Position numbers and translations under genes: made by a program. This document shows positions 23,135 through 35,255 of a stretch of DNA of 64,000 nt, in pieces (positions within the stretch are counted from its first letter, which is position 1; each line of letters opens with the position of its first letter). The stretch covers positions 62,001 through 126,000 of the forward strand of contig JAVECO010000021.1 of the NCBI GenBank assembly GCA_051942205.1. Reading direction: 5' to 3'. Below the pieces are notes generated by a model that ran no database searches, was not told the origin of the DNA, and was given only the letters and a program-made list of their open reading frames with translations. The DNA is from Coniocarpon cinnabarinum (taxonomy: Eukaryota).

Positions 23135-24547
23135 TCATCCAGATCTTAAGTACGGATACTGAGCATACTCGATGAACCAGCTGTAGCCTTGCGAGTATTG
23201 TTCCACCGGCCTCGCCGGTTGCACAGCGTTCTTGGTGCATCCTTCTGCCGCCGCGTCCCCGCTGAATCGTGAAGTAATCCACTCCACCCAAATCTGCTTA
23301 CTGGCGTAGAGCGTCGGCACATGCTGCGTACCCTCGAAGATGTAGTATTCGAGTTGAGCGGGGCATGTCTTTGCGACGTTGGAATCTGTCAAGGCGACGG
23401 GCACATTGGTATCCTCGGTTCCCTGAAGCACGACCATTGGGCCTGCGATAAGCTTTCCACCGTTCGATGTTAGCTTTTGAAATGCTTGTGCTGATTCTGT
23501 TGCATTCCAGCCATCCTTTACCAAGTTCTTGCTCACGAAGAGCTCCGAGGCCAATGAATTACATCCTTCGATCTCCAAGATGAGCTGAACATCTTGAATA
23601 CCCCTTGTTGTCAGCCAGTCGGTCAGCTCAAAACCTGGGATGATTGAGCCGACACCTTGAGCAGTTGTGGCAATTCTTGAAAGCGGATTTGGCTGATACA
23701 CCGCCTCGTCGAGTAAGCCTGCGACTGGACTTACGGCCACCGTTCCGAGATAGCCTTCCACAGGCCTCTGCACTTGTCGCTGAGCAAATGACCACGCTGT
23801 CCCTCCTCCAAGACTATGTCCCATGACTACAAATTGCTCGCTGAGCTCCGGCCATGCTTGTCGCGCGGCTTCAACTGCGAAGGCTACATCGTTTGCGGCG
23901 GCTGGATGAGCCATGTATTGATACGGGATCGAGTTTCCCTTTGCGTCAGCGCCGACCCCAAGACCTGCGTAATCAGGTGCAACAACAACATAACCCTCTA
24001 AAGCCAATTCAAAAATCGAAGCATACTGATAACTGAGCTGTCGAAAATGACTCGGAGCACACTCTGGTGACCATCCATTTGTTCCATGCGCCCAGGCCAC
24101 TACTGGCAATTTCTCACCGGTAAGGTCAAACGTACGTGCCATGTACGGCCAGAGCACAAAAGCTGACGCCGGGATTGCGCTTCCGTTGAAGTCCTCCGTC
24201 TGGTATAGAAATTTGGACAATGCGACTTGTGGCGCAACCGTGTAAGTTGATAAGTTGGTAAACTCTTGCACGCTCAACAACGTCCCTGGAGAAGCGCCGC
24301 TGCTGTTTGATGGGGCGGTGTAGAAGGGATCGCCTCGAACAGATCCCGTCGCCCAATTCGATTGTTCAAACTGCAAAGCCAGGCTAAGGGCGTCAGCCCA
24401 GGTCTCGTTGATGTCGTACTTTGCCATTTGAGCTGGTGTAATCGTCTGCGTGGAATTGAACGTTGCATTCTGTGATCCTGCCTCCGGAAAGGCCTGACCT
24501 GACGTGATTAGCAACGCAAAGAATATTTTACTGCAGAGTAAAGCCAT
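23135..24547 (-). CDS. Secreted lipase/esterase (LIP-family alpha/beta hydrolase)
   Basis: Signal peptide, VAWAHGT, VVAPDYAGLG, nucleophile elbow GHSLGG, QGTED..VP and catalytic His region (GTQHVP). Intronless. Confidence 0.88.
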   Translation of the reverse strand: MALLCSKIFFALLITSGQAFPEAGSQNATFNSTQTITPAQMAKYDINETWADALSLALQFEQSNWATGSVRGDPFYTAPSNSSGASPGTLLSVQEFTNLSTYTVAPQVALSKFLYQTEDFNGSAIPASAFVLWPYMARTFDLTGEKLPVVAWAHGTNGWSPECAPSHFRQLSYQYASIFELALEGYVVVAPDYAGLGVGADAKGNSIPYQYMAHPAAANDVAFAVEAARQAWPELSEQFVVMGHSLGGGTAWSFAQRQVQRPVEGYLGTVAVSPVAGLLDEAVYQPNPLSRIATTAQGVGSIIPGFELTDWLTTRGIQDVQLILEIEGCNSLASELFVSKNLVKDGWNATESAQAFQKLTSNGGKLIAGPMVVLQGTEDTNVPVALTDSNVAKTCPAQLEYYIFEGTQHVPTLYASKQIWVEWITSRFSGDAAAEGCTKNAVQPARPVEQYSQGYSWFIEYAQYPYLRSG

Positions 24548-25559
24548 CTTCGTCGTCGAGGCTGAAAGACTTGAATTTTCGAATAAACGGTCTGAGCTTT
24601 CGCGAGCTTCATCGTGGGCTCCCTTGGTCGCTTATGTCTTTCCATCGGATGTCGGCGCCCACCAACTCCTGTTAGCTTTCGCCCACACATTATACTGGCA
24701 ATGTTGTCGTTTGCGGCCTCGTGCATTAGCTTGCGCGGAGAACCTTATTAGCTTCTGCTTCTGCGCTAGTGTCGTAACGATGAGCTGTCATTCTGGCCGC
24801 GCTAGTTATATAACTCGGCCTACGCGCGAAGAGGGGTCATGTTCGGTAACATGATTAGAGACAGTGGAGCATGGTTCTGGACGGGAATACTTGCCGGGCG
24901 CACCCTAATCCATGGACTTGCGAAGCACAGGAGGCCTTTTCTATTATAATCGTGATTTAATGACCCGAAGTGTCCTGATTGCAAAGGCTCGCTACCTAGA
25001 CTTGACTTCTTAGAACCCCTCTTGTCCATGATCTTGCCGTCAATTTCGCTGGCCTTGGGCGTAGCGAGCTCACTATGTGGGAATAGCCTCGCGTCGCTAC
25101 GTGCGCAAGACGACGGCTCCGAATTATGTCTACTTCTTCCAAGGAAGAAGATACTTGGACTGATATACACATTGCGAGGAGCCGCTGGAGAGATTCAATC
25201 CCAATTAGAAAGAACCTCGTGATAGCAGCGAAAAGGAACATGATGGGTCTAAGATCAGAAGTGCAAGTGAGAGCGTTCTCTGTATCTCTTTCACTAAAAT
25301 ACATTGACCAATAGACGAAGTAGCGAAGGCACTAATAGAGTTGGTAGTCAGAAGTGGGCATGATGGTCACCACCACAGGAGAGCTAGGCTAAGTACCGCA
25401 GACTCTACGAGCTCAGCAATGTTCTTAACTATGATACTCTACTTTGTGTATGCTCTACTAATGCCGATAGTATTTGCTTCTTAAAACGCGTTCGACCTAA
25501 TAGCAGCTGTTTGTATGCGACCAAGGAGACTTATAAAATGCAAGCAGAGACAATAGTAA

Positions 25560-27030
25560 GGTCTAAGACTAGGAAAGCTAAGTTACGCCTAGGTACGGTG
25601 TCTATAAAAAGAGAAGATAATAGCTTTATTTATAAGTAAAACTTTTATAACTATAAATAGTTATAAATTTATATAGCTATTTCTTATTACTATAGATATA
25701 TATTATATTATTAAATCTTATAGAAAGAGCTATATTTATAGTATAAAAATAAATATAATAACTATATTACTACTACTTAAGAAGCCTATATAGACTATTA
25801 TAGTAGATATAGAAGCTCTATATAGAGATTACTATTACTAGTATTATTTTAGTAGAGTAAGATCTTTAGTTAAAGTAAATTCTTAAATTAAATAAATAGT
25901 ATTAGAAATCTAGACCTTACTTTAATTATTTAATATTATATACTATAGATATAAAATATAATACTAGATATTCTAGTATATAAATAGACTTAGTATAAGA
26001 TTTAGATTTAGAATAGAAAGTAAGCTAATACTAATTTAAAGTTAATTTAATATAAAATTACTAAGTATAATAATTACTAAATATTATACTTAGCTAAATA
26101 AAGACTTAGACTATGTTCTTCTATTCTTATTCTAATAGAAAAAAAGCTAGTAAGTAATTATATTAAATAGACTTTAATAAAAGTTTTTATAAATAAAAAA
26201 TAGAAAATATAACTTAAGAATTAAATAAATAAAATAAATTTTAAACTTATTATAAGTTAATAAACTAAAAACTATTTAAAAAAATATATTAGTCTAATTA
26301 TATAAACTAAGATATATATAAATATACTACTAATAGCTATTTTAAATAACTAGCTACTAGTAGGTAAAATAGCTATATAGTTATATAGCTACTTATTAGA
26401 TACCCTATATAATAGATATATAGCTACTATCTAAGTTAGTATATAGGTTAAGTATTTAATTAGCTCTAATATTCTAATTATATATTATAGGCTAGCCTAC
26501 CCTTAGCTCTTTTTAGTGCTAGCGTAAGGCTAGATCGTAATAATTAGTATTCTTAATTATTATAAATTTTTTTAGTTAAAGACTTTAGTAACTTATATAT
26601 AAGTAAGCTACTTAATAATAGTACTATATAGCTAGTAAAATTATTTAATAAAAAAAAAAGTAGTATACTTAGTATTATCTAAAGATCTAAATTAATATTT
26701 AATAATAAAAAGTTATAAAAATAGCTAATTAATACTCTAAATACTTTAAATAATTTTAGTAGTATCTACTTTTTACTATAATATTTTATATATTATATAA
26801 ATATAGTAAAACTAAGTTATATAATTATAGTAATAGTAAAAGATTTAAAAAATATATTTACATTAAATACTATAAATAGCTAATTAATAAATATATAAAG
26901 TATAACTACTATAGTTTACCTTTAATAGATATTAGTTAAAAGTACTAATCTTATAGAATTAATTTATAAAGATTGTATATCTATATTAGTAGTCGTAGGA
27001 GCGCAATTAAGCTTTTTGTATAATTTGCTA
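25560..27030. mobile_element. AT-rich RIP-degenerated repeat / transposon relic (family unidentifiable)
   Basis: Abrupt AT-rich island with abundant TpA, only a handful of CpA/TpG, and no ORFs in any frame. Confidence 0.75.
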
Positions 27031-27517
27031 GGAGCAGGAAAGTTTTTTGACTTGTTGACTTATCCCGCTGTTCTAGCTAATTGTATGGAAAGATAGCGTG
27101 CGGCTTCCATATTGAGCAGTGGGCCACCAAAAGAGAAGCTGCGAAGAGTGGAAAGGCTTAGTTGCCAAGCAATGAATGTTGTAAATGTGGCGCACACTCT
27201 CAGATGGCCCTCAGTCATCAGGGGAGACCTTCGACAGTCGTGCGAGACACACAAGCACTCAGTATTGTTTGTCATTTGAGTCTATTCAGGAAGTTGTGGA
27301 AGTACGCATCGGAGAGACTTTCGTACCATAATTAGACTACCCACTGATGAGGACTTCAGCGTCAGAGTGGCCCATTAATCAAATATGGTGCAGCAAGTCT
27401 CAGACGATTCAGATTGGCCTATGAATACTTCATTAGATACTTGGGCTTCTCTATCCACGGACAGCTCACATGCGAGTGACGTTGGTAAGCACAGAAAATC
27501 TTTTCATCCTCTTAGGA

Positions 27518-27958
27518 ATGCCACTTTCCAGGAGAAGTGTTACGCTGACTCAGGTCTATGTATTAGGATCATCACATCCCACTGCTTTTATTGTTGTATC
27601 GATTGGTCTCTTTATCCTCATCGTATTCAGCATCCCACTTTTGCTTTGCTGGCTCGCCTCTCGCCGCCGCCCTGACCACAGACATCGAAGGTTCCAAACT
27701 GCATCCGTTAGATATTACCAGGCTCTCCCTTCGCCTCGAAAAAGGCGCATGTCGCGTCTCTCACGACTGTCCCGCGATGGTCGCAGGATGCAGATGCATT
27801 CACCAGACTACGTGGGTTCGCTTTGTGCAAGACAAAGTGGTGAATCGATGGATACTCTGTTGTGTCCAAATAGGCCTAATCCGCCAGAGCGTGCGCACGT
27901 TCTCAGAACGGTCGACTTAGACCACGCCTCATCGAATACAGGACGGACTCGAAAATAA
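27518..27958 (+). CDS. Hypothetical small single-TM protein
   Basis: ATG 27518; hydrophobic AFIVVSIGLFILIVFSIPLLLCWLA followed by basic SRRRP (positive-inside pattern). Confidence 0.4.
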   Translation: MPLSRRSVTLTQVYVLGSSHPTAFIVVSIGLFILIVFSIPLLLCWLASRRRPDHRHRRFQTASVRYYQALPSPRKRRMSRLSRLSRDGRRMQMHSPDYVGSLCARQSGESMDTLLCPNRPNPPERAHVLRTVDLDHASSNTGRTRK

Positions 27959-29820
27959 GACATGTGTCGAGCTCTTGGGCTCAACATAAAAAATTCGAGA
28001 AGACCATCTCGCACATGACACGCCTAGCATGTTTCGTCCTTGAGTAGGTGATGGAAAGTACTCACTGAAGCATTCCAATCGGGCAGGGCCAATCGAGTCA
28101 GTCCATGCTAATATCCAGAGCTGGGGATATGGATTGCACAACGCCCGCAAGCTCGAAGGCACTGCCACTTTACAATCTGCTTACTGATCAGGAGACCTTT
28201 AGTTGTATACGGAACAGCAGTGCGTGATTTTGCTTAGAAGGCAATCATCGTATGACCAAGGACAGTATAGCCAATGGCCTGCAACAGCAAACGACGCATG
28301 TCATATAATATTCTCAGTCTTCCCTCGAAACCTTGTCTTTCATACGCTCGGTGCCACTGCTCTCGAATTGCACATCATCTTTTGCCCTGAGATGCAGAGC
28401 CAAGTATTTCCGTGATAGAGAAGAGCATGCCATTTATTCGAGAGGCTGGAAGGCAGGAACCATGGCTGGAATTTATCGCATTCCACATCATCATCAAGCA
28501 TTTCGAGTAGCAACGATGAAAGTGGTGGTAATTGTACGATAAGTCTATTTTAAATGGCTGTATGCAGATGAGGGCGGAGGGAAAATGGTGAGCGCTGGTA
28601 TCTGCGTACCGGCGCTTGTGAACATATGAAACCAGCGACATTGCTGCAATTTATGCTTTGAAGCCATTGAAGGTTCGAGAAACACTTCAAAGCCCTTGAA
28701 AATGTGATTCAACATCACGGTCAACAATACTGTTTTCCCGAGGTTGTCGGTCATAAAACGCAATAGGGCCGTGCAATCTATTCACACACGATGGTGAATC
28801 ATCGCACGCCCAATGCACTGCAAGCCCGGATATCCTCGGGGTATGATGATACTGCGCTAGCGGATGGACTCATCCCGATTTTGTCCTTCACCTAGCTGAC
28901 TATTTCCTCATCAGTGCTTATAATTTCATCAAAAGGGGAAAGCATCTCCCTCGTCTGATGAAGAACTAGAAGGCTGGCCTAGGGTGACTATTGGTGGCAT
29001 GATAGCGGTGCGGAGGACTCAGTATCGTGAGTGGAGATGACAGCACCCTCAGATCACATTGTAGGAAGGATAAAGACTTATATCGTAACCTCCAGTGTGC
29101 CCCAACACGTGGTGAAGGGGACCAGGTAGCTATACATGAGGGAGATAAGTCCTGTGTTGGAGCTGAGACTAGGCAGCGTATTACGTTACCCCATAGCCCT
29201 CAAATTTGCGCATGCAGGAACATCCGTAGTTTTTTATGAAAGCGGATAGTGGCTGTGATTTGGTGAAGGAATTCTGGGCACTACGATTTATTGCCGCAGA
29301 CTGCTTTAAGTGCGTCCAGCCCCTCTCCGAATCGGTGGCCTTTCAAAAAGGACGGTCCGCATTTAAGTGAGTGTGTGAAAGAACAATCATAGTGTATGAT
29401 TCTTTCAGGACTTGCATACGTGGTTGGAGGTGGCTTCAGGTGCCTTGAAATGATTAGATAACGCCCTTGCAATACAGGTTTTTCAGGTAGGTCTAATTGC
29501 TCTTTGAGCGTGGTGCAATACTGCGGGCTGGGCCGTTAGATGGCCAACCTTGAATGGGTCTTCTTTGCTCCGCGATCATGAACATTTGAAATAGAAGTCA
29601 ACATTTACAAGGTCCCTCACAACCAGCTCTAAGACTAGATACATCGTGTCGTTCATGCTGCGCGTTTGTCTTTTTGGCGTCGATATCGTCCTTGCTTTTT
29701 TTGTGCCCTGTTAAAAAGAGACATTTGCAAGTGCTAATACTGTTGAAATGCTTCTTATTTTGGTGAGTCTCCATGTGGTGGTAATCAGTGTCATTATTTG
29801 TTGCAAAAGGTAACAGATGT

Positions 29821-32442
29821 TTATCTACCACAACGCGTTGGGCTCGTGCTTCGCAAGTCGAATTCGCATCGTCCTGTAGTAGAGCACGAGTCGGTGTGAT
29901 TGTCTAGGATGATCGCGCGATGACCATCCACAAACTGGTTGCGTTGCCTCTCATAATTTTTAGAATACATGTTATCAGGCGGAGATGCGAATGATCTGGT
30001 TGTTGAAGGTGTGGATGTTTTCAACGGGAGCGACTCACACGTGAGTTCAATTTCTGGCTGCATGTTTGAAAGCTTGGCTGGTGGCGAAAGCGTTGAAATA
30101 CCCACTGATGAGGGAGAAGACGTTGGATCAATACGAGACATATGCGTGGTTGGCAACGACTTGCTTGATGAAGCCATGCATGCGATGGGTATGGGCGCAA
30201 AGGGATGCACCTCAGCATGCTTGACAAATGTTAGAGAACCACGGTTGCTTGCTGAGAGCTGAGTGCAGGAACCTTCATAAAGTTCGTCCGTGGTGTTGCC
30301 AGTAGAATCTGACCTGATATAGCGAAATTTGACATCCCCGTGATGGTCTATCGATGTAGCGTTCGTGCGGTACCGAACTCTTGAGGCCACTGTACTTAGT
30401 ATAGAGTTAGGCTCGCTGTAGCATCTGCTCGAACGAGACGGCACACTTTCAGCACTCGAGCCACTCAGAGGTCTTGCATTTCTATCTCCTGGAATACTAG
30501 GGAAATGCTTCTGTATTATTGACGAGGATGGTGAATCCTGTGTTGAGAACGTTGTGGCAAGTAGCTTTGGGCACTGATTTAAATTGGCGACGTTTGGGCG
30601 AAATAATTGGCGGCAAGTCTTGGGTGAAAGAGTGGGAGAGCTAGCAGCCAACGACGGCAGAGAGTCGTTGCGGGCTAAATCACCCTGATCATCCACAGCC
30701 GCGTGCCCCGAAGGCCGCTCTTGAACTCCGCACTCCGATTCTTGAATGTCGTTCCTCGCGTTGACTTCGACGCCGGTAACGCTCAGTTGGTTAGGACAGT
30801 CGGGGCCTATGCATCTGCAGCTATCCTGGTCGTCTTTGGCACTGGCTGATCCTATATCAAATTCTTCTGTAGGGTGGAAAAGTTTCAAGTCTTTGAACTT
30901 TTGCTGTAAGTCGACAGAATCTTCGTGCTGTGGTAAATTGTGCAGACTTTCAAAGGACTGGGACGACGGCGTCAAGGTACTTAGCCATCCACGATTTTGA
31001 GCTGCGTTCCCAAGAAAATCTTGCTGAGTCTCAGAGCTCTTGCGGGTCCGTTGTGCAGGGGAGCCGGTGGCGGAAATCTTCGTTGCATGGGAATTCTGTC
31101 TGGCTCTGAAGCCACCGGATACCTCAGCGCCGCTGTTCCACTGCCTCCGACGGCCAAATGAAGCGTGCGAGAATTTGAAAGGCCGACTCGCACTAGGTGC
31201 ATCCACGCCAGTCTCATGAAGGTACTCATTCGTTGTTGACACGGACAAGAATGACTGCTCACTTGAGTCTTTCTGCAAAGGCGTTCTACGTCCATAACGA
31301 TACTCAGCTTGCCTTGAAGAAGGTCGTGAGCCCATTATCAGTTCATCCCGAACATGGTTTGGCTCAAGCTCACGTAACTTAGGTGCTATTTCGATGCCCT
31401 CGTTACGGAGCGCAAAGTCATCTCGAGCAGTCAATTTTGGTGTTGCTTCATATTGGCGAAGTATAGTACTGCTATATGTTTCTGCGCTGCTTGTTGAAAG
31501 CTGGGAAAACGGCCGTGGTTGCTCAGGCGCAGTCTCGCTTTGATCTGACGGATCCCTTGGTGCGGGTGGTGCTGGTGTTAGTGGCGGTGCGCTCGAGTCC
31601 TGCCTGAGCAAACTTGTTGATCGAGAACGTTGCTCTGCTACAAGTGCCGAAAGACTGGCTTGACCGGCGGACGGTCTCTCGCATGCAAAGCTCCTGAATG
31701 ACGGTTCTGAGGCGGACTGGGCCGCCAAAATCCCCATGTTGCCTTCGGTAAAAACACTTTTCCTGAAGCTAGGCAATTTTGCTCCACTGAATAAGGGTGC
31801 AGGTTTCAAGGCCGATAATTGCGTCTGAGACGGCTTCGAGGTTTTCGAGCGAGACTGGTTTCGATTACAAGTTTTTTCTCTCTTCTTTGATTTCCTGTGT
31901 CGGCTTGCGCTTTTCGACCTCTTGTGACCATGGCGGGAGCCACGCTCTCCTTCCCAGGAATTCGGCTTAGCCGGAGGACTTCTGATGCTCAATGTAGGGC
32001 TTTCTATAATAGCAGAGAGATGAGACGCCTTTTGTGGTTGCATTGCGAAGCTCCTTCCTGGACGGCTGCTGGACCTGCCAAGGGAGGGTGTGCTGCCAAT
32101 CGCACTGTTGACAGCACTTTCTGATCTTGACGGTAAGATTGAGTCTTTTGTCCGGAGAGCCGGATGCGTCATTCTTTCAGAAGATGAGTTAACATCATTT
32201 GCGCCGTGGACGGGTATGAGGCTCGTGCGCGCAACCAGCCCGGTTCGTGGGAAAGGTAAATCGTATCGAACTGTCTGGATGCTGTTGCGAACCATCGGCA
32301 GCCCCTTATTATCCTGGTGTCTTACGTGAGCACTGCCGTACTTCCATTTGTACGCTGTCCAGACAAAGACAACGAGCAAGCATGCAAGCGCTGCTGCGCC
32401 ACCCAGTGCGATGCGGATAACCTGGCCAGAGGCCAATGTCAT
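29821..32442 (-). CDS. Large Ser/Pro-rich disordered protein with an N-terminal TM anchor, unknown function (3' end may be spliced)
   Basis: 873-codon ORF; IALGGAAALACLLVVFVWTAYKWK TM segment near the N-terminus; HLSAIIESP and LKPAPLF short motifs. Confidence 0.7.
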   Translation of the reverse strand: MTLASGQVIRIALGGAAALACLLVVFVWTAYKWKYGSAHVRHQDNKGLPMVRNSIQTVRYDLPFPRTGLVARTSLIPVHGANDVNSSSERMTHPALRTKDSILPSRSESAVNSAIGSTPSLGRSSSRPGRSFAMQPQKASHLSAIIESPTLSIRSPPAKPNSWEGERGSRHGHKRSKSASRHRKSKKREKTCNRNQSRSKTSKPSQTQLSALKPAPLFSGAKLPSFRKSVFTEGNMGILAAQSASEPSFRSFACERPSAGQASLSALVAEQRSRSTSLLRQDSSAPPLTPAPPAPRDPSDQSETAPEQPRPFSQLSTSSAETYSSTILRQYEATPKLTARDDFALRNEGIEIAPKLRELEPNHVRDELIMGSRPSSRQAEYRYGRRTPLQKDSSEQSFLSVSTTNEYLHETGVDAPSASRPFKFSHASFGRRRQWNSGAEVSGGFRARQNSHATKISATGSPAQRTRKSSETQQDFLGNAAQNRGWLSTLTPSSQSFESLHNLPQHEDSVDLQQKFKDLKLFHPTEEFDIGSASAKDDQDSCRCIGPDCPNQLSVTGVEVNARNDIQESECGVQERPSGHAAVDDQGDLARNDSLPSLAASSPTLSPKTCRQLFRPNVANLNQCPKLLATTFSTQDSPSSSIIQKHFPSIPGDRNARPLSGSSAESVPSRSSRCYSEPNSILSTVASRVRYRTNATSIDHHGDVKFRYIRSDSTGNTTDELYEGSCTQLSASNRGSLTFVKHAEVHPFAPIPIACMASSSKSLPTTHMSRIDPTSSPSSVGISTLSPPAKLSNMQPEIELTCESLPLKTSTPSTTRSFASPPDNMYSKNYERQRNQFVDGHRAIILDNHTDSCSTTGRCEFDLRSTSPTRCGR

Positions 32443-33192
32443 ATTGCTTTACGCCTTTCACGACGAGAGCATACTCTTCTGTGGTGGTGCAAATGCGGAA
32501 CGATGACCTCCGAATTGAACATGGCTGATGCTAGACAAGTAGAATGCAAGGTATGCAAGGAATGCATGATCGAACAACACAAGGGGTGATCTACGTTCCA
32601 ACAACTGCGCGTGCTGCAAGGAGCCTGCACGAATATTGAGGAACGAAGTTCGTTAGGACTTCGATACCCACACGGCACGTTGTAGCACATGCCGACGTAT
32701 GAGTCTTACTTCGAGGGTCTAGTCGGCTTCATAGTCACCCATCGAATCTATTTAGTCAAGACTTTGACGTATGAAAGACTAAGTGGTCACTGAAACAGTG
32801 ACTTTCCGTACAGGTCGACTGGTTCTGCTCTCGCCGTGTTCAAACCCTAGTAAGTAGTTATTGCAGACCATAACATGCATTGGTGATCTGGGGACGGGGC
32901 ACTCGAATTGAGGACGGATTAATCGCAAGGAGCATGCATGACAGATGTTATTGCTAGAGACCCCTAAGTGTGCGGAGGAGCAGGGCAAATGTCTGTTGAA
33001 AGAGACTCCACCAAAGAGGAATACTGGGTTTCAAAATTCTGGGAGTGAAGGCGAAATACCCCTTTACGAAGGACTGTATCATGATACCATGATGGGGCGG
33101 CACGTCGGTGACATTTTTAATCGGATTACGTGACAATGTCTGCGTTGGGTGATTGGTGGCCCTTGCACGTGATCCGAGAAAATCTGCGGCAT

Positions 33193-33692
33193 GTGTATAT
33201 CCAGCATTGGTAATTACTGCTATATGCATCGAGATAATTTAAATTACTATAACATACAGATATATATATACATATATATCTGCTAGTTATAATAGTAAAC
33301 TCTTATTAATGTTAATACAACTATTATATATATTCTCTTACGTATAGTTATAGATTACTAAAATTTCTTAAATTAGAGATATCTATATATATAATATATC
33401 TTAGATATATATAAGTTGTACACACTTCTATAATATATAGAAGAACTTATTATAAATTTTATCTAGAATTACCTACTTTTATATACTACGTTATATTATA
33501 TTACTTAATACATCTTTTATTATATATTATACCTTAGTTATAAGACAATTATATTTATATATAGATAGATGTACATAATAGTTATAATATTAACATTAGT
33601 AAGAATCTACTATTATAATTAGCATATATATATCTGTACGCTATAGTAATTTTAATAATATCGGCAGTAATTACCAATATTTAGATGTACAC
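33193..33692. mobile_element. AT-rich foldback/MITE-like element with ~125-140-bp imperfect terminal inverted repeats (about 33193-33333 and 33569-33692)
   Basis: ATTGGTAATTACTGC (33206-33220) is mirrored by GCAGTAATTACCAAT (33664-33678). Further mirrored blocks include AAATTACTATA..TACAGATATATATAT and TTATAATAGTA..TCTTA.TAATGTTAATA. Confidence 0.7.
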
Positions 33693-33862
33693 GAAAGTAA
33701 TATGCCGGGCGCCTCCCCCATGCTTGAGGCTATAATACGAAGCGTGAGAAGGCGTGAATAGTCTTGCCACTCTCCCATCTTGAGCGAGCATAAGTGGAAG
33801 CTGATGAATAGCTGGCCGTCACCGCAATTTTCCACCGCTGTTGTTCGTTTTAATACCATCTC

Positions 33863-35141
33863 ATGGCCCGGCCGCCTTTGCAGTCCCTCCGCGTCCTCGA
33901 GCTCGCAGGCCTCGCTCCGGTGCCTTTTACAGGCATGCTGCTCGCTGATGCTGGTGCCTCGGTACTCCGTGTTGATCGTCCACGTCACTCCCCTCACCCT
34001 CCTCGTCCGACCAGCGACCAGCTCACCCGCCGTAAGAGTAGCATCGCCTTGGACCTGAAAAAGCCTGCCTCTTTGGCCATACTTCGCGATCTCATCGTCA
34101 AAGCTGATGTCTTGATCGACCCTTATCGCCCTGGCGTGCTGGAGAAGCTAGGACTGGGGCCTGCAGACCTCCACTGCCTGAACCCCCGCCTAATCATTGC
34201 GCGAGTGACTGGCTTTCGTCGCAGCGGTAAGTATGCCGGTATGGCAGGGCACGACATCAACTATCTTGCTGTATCTGGCGTACTCTCTTTGCTGGGCGAG
34301 CGCGATCAGCGCCCCTTGCCACCCGGAAACGTTTTAGCTGACTTTGCGGGCGGCGGCCATGTGGCATTCACAGGTCAGTTTAGTTTGCTCGGAGGATTTC
34401 CGAGAAATTACCTGTGCTGAAGGGCTGACTCTAGGCATCTTACTTGCATTGCTGCACCGTGGACAATCCGGCCACGGCCAAGTTGTTGAGGCGAACATGG
34501 TGGACGGCGTGAGCTATCTTGCTACATTCCCTAGATTGAATCTCAAAACTCCGCTTTGGAGCGGGAATCGCGGCACAAATGCACTGGATGGAGGCGCGCC
34601 TTATTATGACTGCTATCAGACAGCTGATTCCAAATGGGTGAGTGTCGGGGCACTGGAACCACAATTTTTCCGAGAACTAGTGAAAAAACTAGGAATGCAG
34701 GAAGAAGAGTGGCCAGAAGCGAGAAGGCTTGACTGGAGAAATTGGAATACCTTGAGAAGTGCTCTCAAATCGAGGTTCAGGCGTCGCACTAGAAAGCAAT
34801 GGGAGGACATCTTTGATGGATCAGACGCATGTGTGGCGCCGGTGCTTGGGCACGAGGAGCTAGAGGACTGCGGCTACGATCAAAGGCCTCTGGTGGGGTT
34901 AACGGGGAGCCCGCTGCTTGCCGTATCAGACGCAGAAAATGGTAGCAACGGAAACTTTTCGCGTCAGGAGGCAGGTGAGGGGATAGGACCAGGGGTTGCA
35001 GGTCAAGGTTGGAGGGGGACTGGTCTTCGGCCAGGCGAATACGGTGAAAGAGTTCTGGAAGAGTGGACTGGCTGGAAGAGAGGCAAAGAATACGACGAAG
35101 TCAATGGTGAATTAATAAGAGCCAGCAAAGCACGACTGTGA
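33863..35141 (+). CDS. Alpha-methylacyl-CoA racemase-like CaiB/BaiF (CoA-transferase III) protein, PTS1 -ARL; intron 34374-34434
   Basis: [78 protein letters not shown]; ends SKARL. Confidence 0.92.
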
Positions 35142-35255
35142 AACGCACCTGCTACTTGCCATGTTCAGCGATACGTTACACTGCAAAAGCGTCATTCTCT
35201 TGACTAGATACAGTCCCACCACCAACGCCATGCTCAACTACGTCAGGACGTGGAC

